64,000 nt of DNA from Williopsis jadinii (lineage: Eukaryota), in NCBI GenBank assembly GCA_024346625.1, contig AP024664.1, forward strand, positions 2,542,001 through 2,606,000. Direction: 5' to 3'. This document shows, piece after piece, positions 1 to 12,210 of this stretch; positions within the stretch are counted from its first letter, which is position 1, and the number at the start of each line of letters is the position of its first letter. A program made the translations under genes and the position numbers. The notes below the pieces were generated by a model, which did no database searches, was not told the DNA's origin, and was given only the letters and a program-made list of their open reading frames with translations.

Positions 1-1713
1 GCTACAGGCTCTTTCTTCTTGAACAGAAATGAGCCCGTGGGTTGGATGCTTGACACGGTGAACGACATCGATATCAAAGACCTGGATCAGTTCATAGACG
101 TTATGAAGCAGATACCTGACAGATCAAGAATCCCAATCACGTTCCGTCATATCTCAGATCTGCACTCAAACTCCATGGCAACAATCTATGTGGACCGTCA
201 TTGGTGCTCGAGTTTCAGACTGACTGTTCGAAATGACAAGACAGGCCTTTGGGACTTCACAGACTTAGGGGACCCTCTGCCACCTATCCCTCCACAGCCA
301 AAGAGTGTCAAATTTGTCGACATCCCAGTCGACCACCCTGGGTGTGCCAAGTTGAGTAGATCGTTTATGGTGGTGACAACATATATCCATATCCCTGTGG
401 ACTCATTCCCGTCATCGAGAAAGAGAGGATTTGGCGTGGTAATTGATTCTGAGAAGGGATACCTTCTTGTTTCCAGGCTTCACGTACCACATGACTGTCT
501 CGATATACAAATCACAGTGGCTGAATCTTTGGTAATTCCAGGCACTGTTGTCTTCCTACATCCAACTCAAAACTATGCCATTGTTAAGTACGATCCTTCT
601 TTGATCATTGGAGATGTTAGAACCCCAAAGTTCAGCGATGTTCCTCTGAAGAGGGGTGACAAGTGCACATTCATTGGCTTCAATCAAAACTTCAGGGTTG
701 TGTCTACAGAGACAAAGGTTTCTGATATTTCATCTGTGAATGTTCCTAGAAACACCTATTCTCCTCGTTATAGAGGTACGAATATGGAAACTGTGTCTTT
801 GGCTACAAACTTGAGTGATGAGTGTGGATCTGGTGTCATTGCCGATGAAGATGGTACCATTAGGGCGTTTTGGCTATCCTTTTTGGGTGAATGCCGTGAA
901 GGCCACGATACGATCTATAAAATGGGCATTGATGTCACAGAGGTTAAGCACATTATAGAAAAACTACAAACCACCTCTGATATTCCAGTCATCAAGATTG
1001 TCGACTCTGAGTTCTATGCCATTTCACTGGACCAAGCCAGAGTTTTAGGTGTATCCGATGAGTGGATCAAGAAGGTTGAAGACTCTGGAAGAGATCGCTT
1101 CCAATTCATGGCAGTCTCTAGATCCGCAGTCCCTGAGGATCAACACAAACCGGAATTGGAACATCTGGATGTTGTCTTATCTATCGACGGCAAGCAAGTT
1201 TTCGATCAAAATGATATCAACAGATGTTATGACAAGGATACTCTTACGTTCAAGATTGTCAGAAGAAAGAGAGAGATGGATCTGGAGGTTTCAACAGCCG
1301 AGATCAAGTCTACAGACCATATTGCCATTTGGTCTGGTGTCGTTGTCCAAGCTCCACACCATGCAGTTCGTCAGTCCATGCTGAATCTCCCATCACAGGT
1401 CTATGTTACAGCTAGACCTAAAGGTTCACCAGCAGCTGGTTATGGTATCAACCCAACAAACTTCATCACGCACGTCAACGGTGTGGCAACGCCAACTGTT
1501 GATGACTTTGTGAAAGTTGTTAGAACCATCGGCACCAACACTTACTGCAAGCTGAAACTGGTGTCATTTGATAACGTTCCATTTGCCATTTCCGTCAAGA
1601 CCAACTACCACTACTACCCTACGGGCGAGCTTAAGAGAGATCCAGCTACAAACAAGTGGCTCGATATCGAGTACGATGAGAAGAACGCTGAAACCTCGTT
1701 GAAGAAGATATAA
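1..1713 (+). CDS. NMA111: Pro-apoptotic HtrA-like serine protease Nma111, C-terminal part (5' end lies outside the window)
   Basis: Frame is open from base 1 to TAA at 1713. Second protease-like domain and PDZ domains (GSPAAGYGINPTNFITHVNG, FAISVKTNYHYYPT). The convergent neighbour is an L35 remnant, as for YNL123W/YNL122C in S. cerevisiae. Confidence 0.93.
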   Translation, partial: ATGSFFLNRNEPVGWMLDTVNDIDIKDLDQFIDVMKQIPDRSRIPITFRHISDLHSNSMATIYVDRHWCSSFRLTVRNDKTGLWDFTDLGDPLPPIPPQPKSVKFVDIPVDHPGCAKLSRSFMVVTTYIHIPVDSFPSSRKRGFGVVIDSEKGYLLVSRLHVPHDCLDIQITVAESLVIPGTVVFLHPTQNYAIVKYDPSLIIGDVRTPKFSDVPLKRGDKCTFIGFNQNFRVVSTETKVSDISSVNVPRNTYSPRYRGTNMETVSLATNLSDECGSGVIADEDGTIRAFWLSFLGECREGHDTIYKMGIDVTEVKHIIEKLQTTSDIPVIKIVDSEFYAISLDQARVLGVSDEWIKKVEDSGRDRFQFMAVSRSAVPEDQHKPELEHLDVVLSIDGKQVFDQNDINRCYDKDTLTFKIVRRKREMDLEVSTAEIKSTDHIAIWSGVVVQAPHHAVRQSMLNLPSQVYVTARPKGSPAAGYGINPTNFITHVNGVATPTVDDFVKVVRTIGTNTYCKLKLVSFDNVPFAISVKTNYHYYPTGELKRDPATNKWLDIEYDEKNAETSLKKI

Positions 1714-1839
1714 ACTGGACAAATCATTGGTATATCAACACCTCTCCTTGGTGAAAACTACATCTGTAGTGGTGTAACTATGTATAATGAAAAGAACCGT
1801 GTTGTAGTTGTTATGTATGTACATGTTGCGGACCCACAT

Positions 1840-1936
1840 TCAGTGGTATGGAAGCAATTTTTTGAGTCTCTTGGTCTGCTCCTTTGTGCTCATCACTTTA
1901 GAACCATCACCTTTCAGAACACCAGAGCTCCAGCCG

Positions 1937-1938
<2 letters not shown>
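1840..1938 (-). pseudogene. MRP35: 3' remnant of mitochondrial ribosomal protein bL35m, 5' part replaced by 25S rDNA
   Basis: Manual minus-strand translation gives TGWSSGVLKGDGSKVMSTKEQTKRLKKLLPYH*, which resembles the fungal L35 C-terminus (GWS...KRLLPYH). Upstream the frame enters antisense 25S and hits TAA (1981-1983) with no ATG. Syntenic with NMA111. Confidence 0.8.
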
Positions 1939-2015
<77 letters not shown>

Positions 2016-2016
2016 A

Positions 2017-2066
<50 letters not shown>

Positions 2067-2073
2067 CAGAATC

Positions 2074-2110
<37 letters not shown>

Positions 2111-2479
2111 TTGACATTGTGAAAAGACATAGAGGGTGTAGAATAAGTGGGAGCTTCGGCGCCGGTGAAATACCACTACCTTTATAGTTTTTTTACTTAT
2201 TCAATTAGGCGGAACTGGATTTCACTATCCATTTTCTAGCATCAAGGTCTCTCGCAGGCCGATCCGGGTTGAAGACATTGTCAGGTGGGGAGTTTGGCTG
2301 GGGCGGCACATCTGTTAAACGATAACGCAGGTGTCCTAAGGGGGACTCATGGAGAACAGAAATCTCCAGTAGAACAAAAGGGTAAAAGTCCCCTTGATTT
2401 TGATTTTCAGTGTGAATACAAACCATGAAAGTGTGGCCTATCGATCCTTTAGACCTTCGGAATTTGAAGCTAGAGGTGC

Positions 2480-2514
<35 letters not shown>

Positions 2515-2617
2515 AGTCAAGCGTTCATAGCGACATTGCTTTTTGATTCTTCGATGTCGGCTCTTCCTATCATACCGAAGCAGAATTCGGTAAGCGTTGG
2601 ATTGTTCACCCACTAAT

Positions 2618-2672
<55 letters not shown>

Positions 2673-3075
2673 ATGAATGTTGTCGCAATAGTAATTGAAC
2701 TTAGTACGAGAGGAACCGTTCATTCAGATAATTGGTTTTTGCGGCTGTCTGATCAGGCATTGCCGCGACGCTACCATCTGCTGGATTATGGCTGAACGCC
2801 TCTAAGTCAGAATCCATGCTAGAACGCGACGATTTGCTTCCCTCACACATTCTAGTTGGATAAGAATAAGGCGCTTCTGTGCCGCTGGACCGTAGCAGGC
2901 TGGCAACGGTGCTCTTAGCGGAAAGGCTTTGGGTGCTTGCCGGCGGATCGCAATGTCATTGTGCGTGAGGATAAATCCTTTGTATACGACTTAAATGTGC
3001 AACGGGGTATTGTAAGCAGTAGAGTAGCCTTGTTGTTACGATCTGCTGAGATTAAGCCTCAGTTGTCTGATTTGT
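1937..3075 (+). rRNA. RDN25: 25S rRNA, 3' fragment only (from ~nt 2248, helix 69)
   Basis: Matches 46174-47312. Begins abruptly at GTAACTATGACTCTCTTAAGGTAGCC and ends ...GTTGTCTGATTTGT. Confidence 0.97.
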
Positions 3076-3128
3076 TGTTTCGGCAACTCTATTTTTTGCT
3101 GGCGGGTGCTGGCTGGGGATAGAGTGTC

Positions 3129-3212
3129 ACACAGTTGCCGTAGGCCACTGTGTATTGTCACTGTCACGGTGTGTGACTGTCTATGAAACACAGTTGCCGT
3201 AGGCGACTGTGT
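3129..3212 (+). other. 3'ETS stem-loop, duplicated in this copy
   Basis: ACACAGTTGCC-GTA-GGC(C/G)ACTGTGT hairpin at 3129-3153 and 3188-3212. The two other units have one copy. Position fits a pre-rRNA 3' processing hairpin. Confidence 0.6.
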
Positions 3213-3221
3213 ATTTGTTTT

Positions 3222-3335
3222 GGTGACGGTAGGGTAATCTTTGGTGTGAGTGGTGGAGTTTTGCTTTTTTGTTACGGGGTGTGTGGGTGTTGTGATGAAG
3301 ATGGTCTCTGAGGTTTTATGACGGTAGGGTAACAG
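3222..3335 (+). terminator. Putative Pol I terminator (Reb1/Nsi1-type sites), two copies
   Basis: TGACGGTAGGGTAA occurs twice ~96 bp apart downstream of 25S and resembles GGTAAGGGTAA Reb1 terminator sites. Also present in the other two IGS1 copies. Confidence 0.5.
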
Positions 3336-3423
3336 TTGGTCTGAGTGGTTGAATTTTTTTTAATTTTTCACCAGAGCTCCCAGGAGGAATTTTTGTTTTT
3401 CGTGAGGGGAGGGGGTTTCCACC

Positions 3424-3560
3424 GGCTAGGCTGGATGGGCTGGGCTTAAAAAAGTTAGGCAGGATGGGCTGGGCTGGGGGGCTTCCAGGCTGGGCTTAAA
3501 AAAGCTAGGCGGGATGGGCTTAAAATGCTAGGCGGGATGGGCTTAAAAAGCTAGGCGGGT
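3424..3560. repeat. IGS1 short tandem repeats (~23-26 bp, GGGCTTAAAAAGCTAGGCGGGATG type)
   Basis: Visible degenerate tandem array. Confidence 0.8.
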
Positions 3561-4157
3561 CCACACTGGGGCACCACAGACACCAAGTCCAAACACTTAG
3601 GAAAGACACCCAGACCAGACCAAAACCAACCTATGGCTACACCAACAGATTCCCACAACGACAACCACGGGAAATGGGAATGTGGCCCCAAAGTGGGATT
3701 TTACCAAAACCGTTAGTATGGGGATCCCCCAGGCAGTGGGAATTTCCGGTTACGAGCGCGGGCGAGGATTTTCTAATTTTGCGAGAAGTGCGACCATCCC
3801 TTCGCGCCTGCGCCGCTGCGGGATGGTCATAATGATTTAAAAAAACTAGGGGTATCCGGTTCCGCCCCCGTATATAGGTATATATATGTGTGTAGATGGG
3901 TGGGTGGTGGTGGTTGTTTTGGGGGGGCAGGGGGGTTTATATAGTTTTGGGTGGTGTGGGTGGTGTGGTCACGTGGGTCACGTGTGTGGTGTGCGGGTGG
4001 TGTGGGTGGTGTAAGGGTGTGCAGTCACCGGGCGGGTCACGTGGATGGTGTTAGGGCTGGCGTAGCCCACGGTTACCGGCCGGGTAGACTACCCCTTTTG
4101 GGACACCGGGTAGACTGCCCCTTTTGGGAAGCCGGTTACCCAACTTGGGTAAAAAAA

Positions 4158-4278
4158 AGATTGCAGCACCTGAGTTTCGCGTATGGTCACCCACTACACT
4201 ACTCGATCAGGCTCTTAGCAGCTTAACTACAGTTGATCGGACGGGAAACGGTGCTTTCTGCTAGATATGGCCGCAACC
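4158..4278 (-). rRNA. RDN5: 5S rRNA
   Basis: 121 nt, reverse complement GGTTGCGGCCATATCTAGCAGAAAGCACC...GCTGCAATCT, followed by an oligo-T Pol III terminator. Confidence 0.98.
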
Positions 4279-4479
4279 GAAATGGAAGCGCGCGGGGGAG
4301 GTTACACTGCTTACACCGCTTACACCGCTTACTAAGAACCGCTTACTAAGCACTGTGTAGATGTAGCAGGTGGGTGTAGGGGTAAGGTCCAGCGGGCCCA
4401 GGGCATCCAGGGGGCTGTCTATAGCGGGAGCTATAGGGCGCGTCGTACGTGGACGTGTAGCAGGTGTGTAGTGAATGTC

Positions 4480-6790
4480 CATTGCGGGCCTGGGTGTCCA
4501 GCGGGCGGTCATTTCGTGATGATTCAGGAGTGAACCAGCGGTGAGTTGATGTCCACGGGTAGCCAGCGGGCCTCTAGGGGACCTCCAGGGGACCTCCAGG
4601 GGACGTCCAGTGGATGGATCGTGGTCTCTACGGTGGGTCTAGCATGTTTACAGTACATAGATGTGTGGAAGATGTCCATTGGGTGTCTGTTTGGTTACTT
4701 GGGGTCCATTTGGTGATGATTCAGCGGTGAGTTGATGTCGATGGGGCATCCACAGACCTCTAACGAACGTCCAATGGCTGTCTCGTGGTCTGTATGATCT
4801 GTCCAGTGTATTCCCAGCATGTAGATGTGTAGAAGATCTCCATTGGGTGTCTGTTTGGTTACTTGGGGTCCATTTGGTGATGATTCAGCGGTGAGCGAGC
4901 GTTGAGGGGGCCTCTAGCGGCCTCTAACGGGAGCCTAGTGGATTCCTAGACATCCCTAGGTGGTCTCTAGAGTATTCCCAGTTTGTAGCCGTCCATTGAA
5001 TGTCCATTGCTGGCCTGGTTGTTGACCCAGTGTCCATTTGGTTATGATTCAGAGGTGTGCGAACGTCCAGGGGGCCTCTAGCGGCCTCCAACGGGAGCCT
5101 AGTGGATGTATCGTGGTCTCTAGCGTCTGTCCAGTGTATTCCCAGCATGTAGTTGTCCATTGAATGTCCATTGGTGGCCTGATTGTTTAACCGCCGCCCA
5201 CTTGGTGATGATTCAGGGGCGAGAAAACGTCGACGGGGTGACCACCAGGCATCCGCAGACCTCTAGCGGGCGTCCAGTGGCTGTATCGTGGCCTCTAGCG
5301 TCTGTCCAAGGTATTCCCAGCATGTAGTTGTTCATTGAATGTCCATTGGTGGCCTCGTTGTTTACCCGCCGCCCACTTGATGATGTTTCAGCGGCGTGTT
5401 GATGTCCACTGGATGTCCACGGGGCAAACATAAGCCTCTAGCGAACGTCTAGTAGGTGTATCGTGGTCTCCAGTGTCTGTTTGGCATGTGTCCAGTGTGT
5501 AGGTATCCATTGAATGTCCAATAAGTGTTTGGTTCTTGACCCGCTGTCCATTTGGTGTTGATTCAGGGGCGAGAAAACGTTGATGGGGCCTTCACGCGGC
5601 AAACATAAGCCTCTAGCGATAGCCTGGTGGATGTATCGTGGTCTCTAGCGTCTGTCCAGTGTATTCCCAGTGTGTAGATGTCCAATTGGTGTCCATTGGT
5701 GGCCTTGTTGTTTACCCGCCGGCCACTTGGTGTTGATTCAGCGGCAAGTTGATGTCCACAGGATGTCCACGGGGCAAACATAAGCCTCTAGCGACAGCCT
5801 AGTGGATGTATCGTGGCCTCTAGCGTTTGTGTAGCGTATTCCCAGTACGTAGATGTCCAATTGGTGTCCATTGGTGGCCTTGTTGTTTACACGGTGTCCA
5901 TTTGGTGTTGATTCAGCGGCGAGAAAACGTCGACGGCGTTGCCACCAGGCATCCGCAGACCTCTAGCAAGAGCCTGGTGGATGTATCGTGGTCTCCAGGG
6001 TCGGTCTAGCGTCTGTCCAGTATGTAGACGTCCATTGAATGTCCATTGGTGGCCTTGTTGTTTACACGGTGTCCACTTGGTATTCATTCAGCGGCGAGTT
6101 GATGTCCACAGGATGTCCACGGGGCAAACATAAGCCTCTAGCGAACGTCCAGGGGATGGATCGTGGTCTCCAGTGTCTGTTTGGCATGTGTCCAGTGTGT
6201 AGGTATCCATTGAATGTCCATTGGTGGCTTGTTGTTTACACGGTGTCCACTTGATGATGATTCAGCGGCGAGCGAACGTCGACGGCGTTGCCACCAGGCA
6301 TCCGCAGGCCTCTAGCGATAGCCTGGTGGATGGACCGTGGTCTCCAGTGTCTGTTTGGCATGTGTCCAGTGTGTAGGTATCCATTGAATGTCCATTGGTG
6401 GCTTGTTGTTTACACGGTGTCCACTTGATGATGTTTCAGCGGCGAGTTGATGTCCACAGGATGTCCACCAGGCATCCACAGGCCTCTAGCGAACGTCCAG
6501 TGGATGGACCGTGGTCTTCAGCGTCTGTTTGGCATGTGTCCAGCATGTAGATGTCCAATTGGTGTCCATTGGTGGCCTTGTTGTTTACACGGTGTCCATT
6601 TGGTGTTGATTCAGCGGCAAGCGAACGTTGATGGGGCCTTCACGCGGCAAACATAAGGCTCTAGCGACAGCCTGGTGGATGTATCATGGCCTCTAGCGTC
6701 TGTCCAGCATGTTTCCAATACATAGATGTCTAATTGGTGTCCATTGGGAACATCTTTGTTTACCCTCTACCCCCTTGATGTTCATTCAGG
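4480..6790. repeat. IGS2 tandem array of ~164-175 bp units (~13 copies)
   Basis: The (A/T)TTCAG anchor recurs at ~4719, 4883, 5047, 5211, 5386, 5561, 5736, 5911, 6086, 6261, 6435, 6610 and 6784. Units are rich in TGTCCA. Confidence 0.93.
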
Positions 6791-8239
6791 GAAAAGTTTT
6801 TTTTTTCGCAAATTCACCGGCGAGAAAACGCCCACGCGGTGGCCACCGGTTCAGGCATTAGCTCCGATCCAGGTAAAGGGGCCCCGCCAGCTTGGTGTCC
6901 AGCAGTAAATTGGCGCAATTCGGGATCAACCACCCCCATGTGGGGCCCGGAGTTTGACACATCCTCTAATATCCGCAACACTTAAATGCTTCCACAACTC
7001 CACACACACATCCTACCACCACCAAAATCACTGTCCCACGCTCACAAAATTCACGCCTTTCCAATGAGACCAAAATACCCTGGTATTTCCACCATTTGGG
7101 TTTTTCATTCCATTATTTTACTGTTAACATCTACCCAAATTTTATAATCCGAAAAAGACTCACCTATTCTCGGAGATATCCTAAATTAATATATACTATA
7201 TAATCCCATAACTCGGGAACTAGCAGAGCTTTCGAGCTATAAACACCACTACTGGATAGCTACGCTCCAGAGGTTACCTATGGGTTTAAGTTGTTTCCCG
7301 GTTTATGGGTGCCCATCTCCCTGGAAAGCAAAACATGGTTTTTAGAGGGCGCGAGCGTGAAACAATTGCGTATCTACGATAAACGGTTTAGTAATGAGCA
7401 GCAACTCTCACAGCTTTAAAAGATCGAGAATGGACCAGAAGTACATTTTCGTTTTATATGTATCTTGTAGCACCGACTTTGTGACTATTTATGGCTTGTG
7501 GTGTCAGCTCAATGAGGTGCTAAGGTGACAGTCTCAAGTATGGAAGACTGATTGAGTAACGACAAAGTTCAATTGATACTACTCAAACTACAATGACAAC
7601 AACAATCTAAAAGAAAGAGACACCTCGTCTGATTCTGGATGCTTCATATATACTGTCAAGCTCAGATGAGCAAGTCAGAACTATTGGAAACCAGTACAAT
7701 TCGACAAAGACACGATCCAATATGGAAAAAAGACGATATAACGTGGAAAACAAGACGATGCGCTGTGTAGAATAGACGAGACCTTGGGAAACCAAACAGT
7801 TCTTATGGCTAGCCTTCCAAAGGAACAATCAGACGTGCTGTAGACTCGAGACGTAATACACGGTGCAGATGAGGTGGGAGATCTTCCGCGGGTCAGTGAA
7901 AAGTTTTGATAGTGTGAGAACTTTGCCAACTTGAAAGCAACAGAACTTGGTTGGAACTCTTAAGACAACGTGTAAATCAATCTTATGGGGTAAGTCATAT
8001 TCGATAGTCTCCACATGGGCTGGTGGCAAGTGCAATGTCGTTAATCAGTGGGATTGAATCTTGACTGCACTCTCTAACTGCAGGGATGAAAGAAGTGAAA
8101 TTGAAAGCCTGGTGGCGTATGGATGACAAGTAAACATGCCCATGAGTCCATAATATGATGCCTTAGATGTGCATAGCTGAAACCCAAAAGATCAAAGTAA
8201 CTGATTAACACTATCAGCACATCAGTTTCCATAATCGAC

Positions 8240-11200
8240 ACCATGCCCACTTGGAAGACGACAAAATTGGGTTTAAACTCATGATAGAGCATCCAAAGAA
8301 GTCACGTCAGTTAATTGAAGAGCCAACCAATATCAAAGACTCACTGTCAATGCTACCACTCAATTGAGTTGTGCTGATGTAACTTGATTCATAAATCGTT
8401 CTGAATTTTGGAATTTCCACCATCTTCAGTTCTAAATCGAGACAGCACAATGGTGACTCATGATAAAGCGCTCAGATAAGTCACAAAGTATTCCGCCTTT
8501 TCCATAGAATCGTGTGTGAGTATTGGGTTGTCTATCTTTGGTTTGTATTGAGTTGAGAAATCTTCTTCTTCATGAGTCCCTGTGAAAACTGTTATCTCCA
8601 GGTAGCGAACAGAACTGTTTGGCAACCAACTGTAAAACATTCAGACAGAGTCATATTATAGTTCAGTTATGAGAAAACCTTCCACGAGAAACCTACATAT
8701 GTTCTTGAGCTTGAGTTATGAGAATATAAGTGTCATCATCAATCACTGTGAACATCATCAAGTCTGATTGGAAATTGGTGTAGCTAAATGAAGAGCGGAG
8801 ATGAAGCTTCCACACCAATCACACAAGATAGGCATGGTGTCACTAATGTAGCATTGTCGATGTGTAGTTGACGTCCCAATTGTGTCGTACAAAACTTCAC
8901 TATTTCACGGCCCATATCAAGTTTGCGTTTCACACACAACAAAATGCAGATCAATACCAAGACCGTCAAATACCAGAAAGCAGGGAGACTCGGGTATTTA
9001 TACCATCACTGTGTATGCTTCATCAAGTTGTTCTTGTTGAGAACCAATGGAAATGCCAATTCAAATACATAGATGTGTTGATCCCTACCTGTAAGAATCT
9101 TCAGCCAAGGAGACATATCTATACTTTATGCGTGAGACAGAGTGGTGGCTTTTCACCCAGTCCTTGGGTAACAAAGTAATCAAGATGGTCCATATGATCC
9201 ACTGATACACGTGTCAAACTTCAAAGCTCTCATTGGAAGACCAATTCTTGTATAGTAGGTGAGACCCTTAAAACTCTCATCTCTTCCTCTAGCGCTGTTG
9301 CTGTGACTTTCACAGTCAGTCAAAGCCTTTCAAGTCATTTGGACTAGCCTTATGTGATACGCAGAAGCATTCCATCCTAAAACCATCATCTTCCAAAGCC
9401 TCAATGCTTAAATTGTCAATGGAATAAGTTTGTTGATATAGGAAAGTCCCCTTTGCTTTAATGTTTTTTCTCAACCCTCGCACAATTTTGATGTTCGGAT
9501 GTTTGGAGCCAGCAAATGTAAAACTATAGCAACGCATCAACGATACTTCCCCAAAGTTTAATGACAACAACAGCTTTCATCCATAGAGAACAGATTTGAA
9601 GTACAAGAAGTTTAGCTCTGTATCATAGAAAGTCATGTCAATACCTATGTGTAGCTCGTAGATTCAGCACAAGGTCGTTATGGCTGGATGACTTCAACTA
9701 CAAAAGGCCAAATGAGTAACAAAGGTCAATTCATACTTGTCAAGACATAACCAAAGCCTAAATCTATCAAGACAAACACTTTATGGTACAGAAAGTGTAC
9801 AGTATACTGTGCCACTCGAAGTGAAGCATTTGGAAAACAGAGTGAATGGTGATCAATAGACTTGGTTATCTCAAAGTCTACAATAAAGTAACAAGAAGAG
9901 CTGTATCCAAACATAGCAAAATCTTAAACCGTACACTATAGCAGCTCTGCTAATTCCATATCTCTGAATCACACCAAGGTAATGATAATGTGTCATTCAC
10001 TCTAGTTCCGATAATAAATCTCCGTCTAAAAGTGACATAAAAAAGTAATGGTATGAGCAAAGTAGCAACAATCATAAACCATTCGAGAAATTGAGTCCCA
10101 ATCACTCGATGACAAATGTATCAGTTGCTGAGCCATCTCATGTGGAGCCAAGAGACATGGACTTACTAATAAAGCAAAGCCCATGGATCATACGAGATGA
10201 TGACAATACCAGATGGTGTCTAGATTGATGATCCATCAACCTCAGTAGTATACCTGAGGATTATAAATAAGAGCTGTTAGCCTCTTAGATTGTTGAAGTT
10301 TATATTTCCTTAGATGAACAACCAAATACATTGTTCACTATGTCTGCTGATAGAAATACATCAATGGCTTGAGACATCCGGTTGAATCTCCAACAAATGC
10401 AATATATGAACCAGGCATTTCTTGTGGTTCACAGTCCACATGATTATCCACGTATACTGTAACTTTGATCATAGATAGATGCCATAGGTGTCTGTGATGT
10501 AGGGTACACCAATGTAAGGATTTCAAAAGTACCACCATTTGGAAGACAACAGAGTTCGAATCAAACCCATGATGAAACATTATAACAAGTCACATCGTAT
10601 AGTTAATTGTCAACAGGATATCCTGTAGTTGCTGTGTGCTCAAGCTCTCTGTTGAACTGTGTAAGTAGAGCCTGCATCATCAAATGTTCTGGATTTTGTA
10701 AACCATCTTCTTCAATTTGAAGTCGAGACAATACACCAGTGACTCATAATAAAACATTCAGATCAGTCACAAATCACACCTCTGGTTCCATATGATCCGT
10801 TTTGAGTACTGTCTTGTTTACCCCTTGGTTCCTGTTCTCTATGGATATGACCTATTTCCTTTGTCATTGGAATCACCGATATTTTCAAGTTAGACAGCAG
10901 AGCTCTTTGGAAACACAGTGCAGAACATTCAGACAAGTCTCAAAGTATAACTGACTTTCCATAAAATGCACCGTATGTAATATACAACCGTCATTTCGTC
11001 TGAGATCCGTAAATGGAAGCTGTTTCAAGAATCACTAAGACCATCACCAATTTCAATTCGAAATCGATGTAGTTCCATGAGGAGTGAAGGTAAACCCACA
11101 AAAAGACAGTTTCATGGTCCAGAAATGTCTAGCCCTCATGGTCTGGCACTGTGTACTTCTTCTTTGATTGATGTCGAGTACTGGGGGACTGTTTCAAGAG

Positions 11201-12210
11201 ACGCCTCACATTTGTGTTTCACTTATACCAAGGAGCAATAGAGAGCCACACAATACCATTACGCAATAGAAAACAACAACACTTGGATAGCGATACAATC
11301 TATGAGTATAATTTGTCACCTCATTACTCTTGAAACCATATGGAAATGCCAATTCATATGTGTAGACGTGTTGATTCAGAACTGTGTAAAGCTTTAGCCA
11401 AGGAGATAGGGCCATACATCGTCGAAATGAGGAATTGAAGTAGCTTTTTGATCTGTGATTTGAGTTGTAAGTTATCCCTGTGGTTCATGCGATCTATTGA
11501 TACCAGTTTTCCCATCCAGTTCTCTCATTGAAAAACAAAGTCTTGTACGTCAGGTGAAACCATTGAGACTTTCATATATGCCACCTCTAACGCTGTTGCT
11601 GTGACTTTCACAATCACTCAAAGCCTTTCAAGTTGTTTGAGACAGCTTTATGTTACGTTTAGCAGCATATCATCCTAAAGCTACCATCTTCTAACGTTTT
11701 CAAGCTTAGGGTGTTAAGGAAAGAAATGTGTTCATACAAGAGAGTTCCCCTTTGCTTTGATGTTTTTTTTCAACCCCGCTCAATTTTGATGTGCGGATGT
11801 TTGGAGCCAGCAAATGTAAGACTATAGCAACGCATCAACGATACTTCACCAACATTCAATAACAACAACAGCTTCGATCCGTAGAGAATGGACTTCACGA
11901 ACAGTTAGTATGACTCTTTATCATATAGAGATAAGCAAAAAGCTATGTGTAACTTGTAAATTCAGCGCAATGTGGTCATGACTGGATGACTTCAGCTACA
12001 AAAGATCCAATAACTATCAACAACGATCGATTCATGCTTGCCAAGGCACAACGTAAAGGTTCGACTATGAGGAAGAAGATACCAATGCTGATTGAAGAGT
12101 ACCTTATACCGAGAGTGCAACCTAGAAAGTAGGTCGAATGGGAATCGATGGTTCTGGCTATGTCTAAGATAAAAAGAAGTTTGACAACAAAAGACACTGG
12201 TATACAAAAC
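8240..12210. pseudogene. Decayed tandem duplication (~2.29-2.30 kb period) of an unidentified coding sequence
   Basis: Homologous anchors at 8248/10537, 8437/10723, 9048/11341, 9293/11592, 9483/11781 and 9682/11981. Substitutions look codon-like (plus-strand DVRMFGASKCKTIATHQRYF in both copies; HLEDDKIGFK vs HLEDNRVRIK), but stops and frameshifts are frequent. Confidence 0.6.

Noticed and set aside
3895..4060. TG-rich, telomere-like or G4-prone tract with several CACGTG boxes
   Set aside because: Irregular, present in every IGS1 copy, and lacks a tandem telomeric unit
4480..6790. Possible CRISPR-like array or repeat-protein ORFs in IGS2
   Set aside because: Whole units are repeated with no unique spacers, the host is eukaryotic with no cas genes, and the ORFs are short by-products of the repeat.
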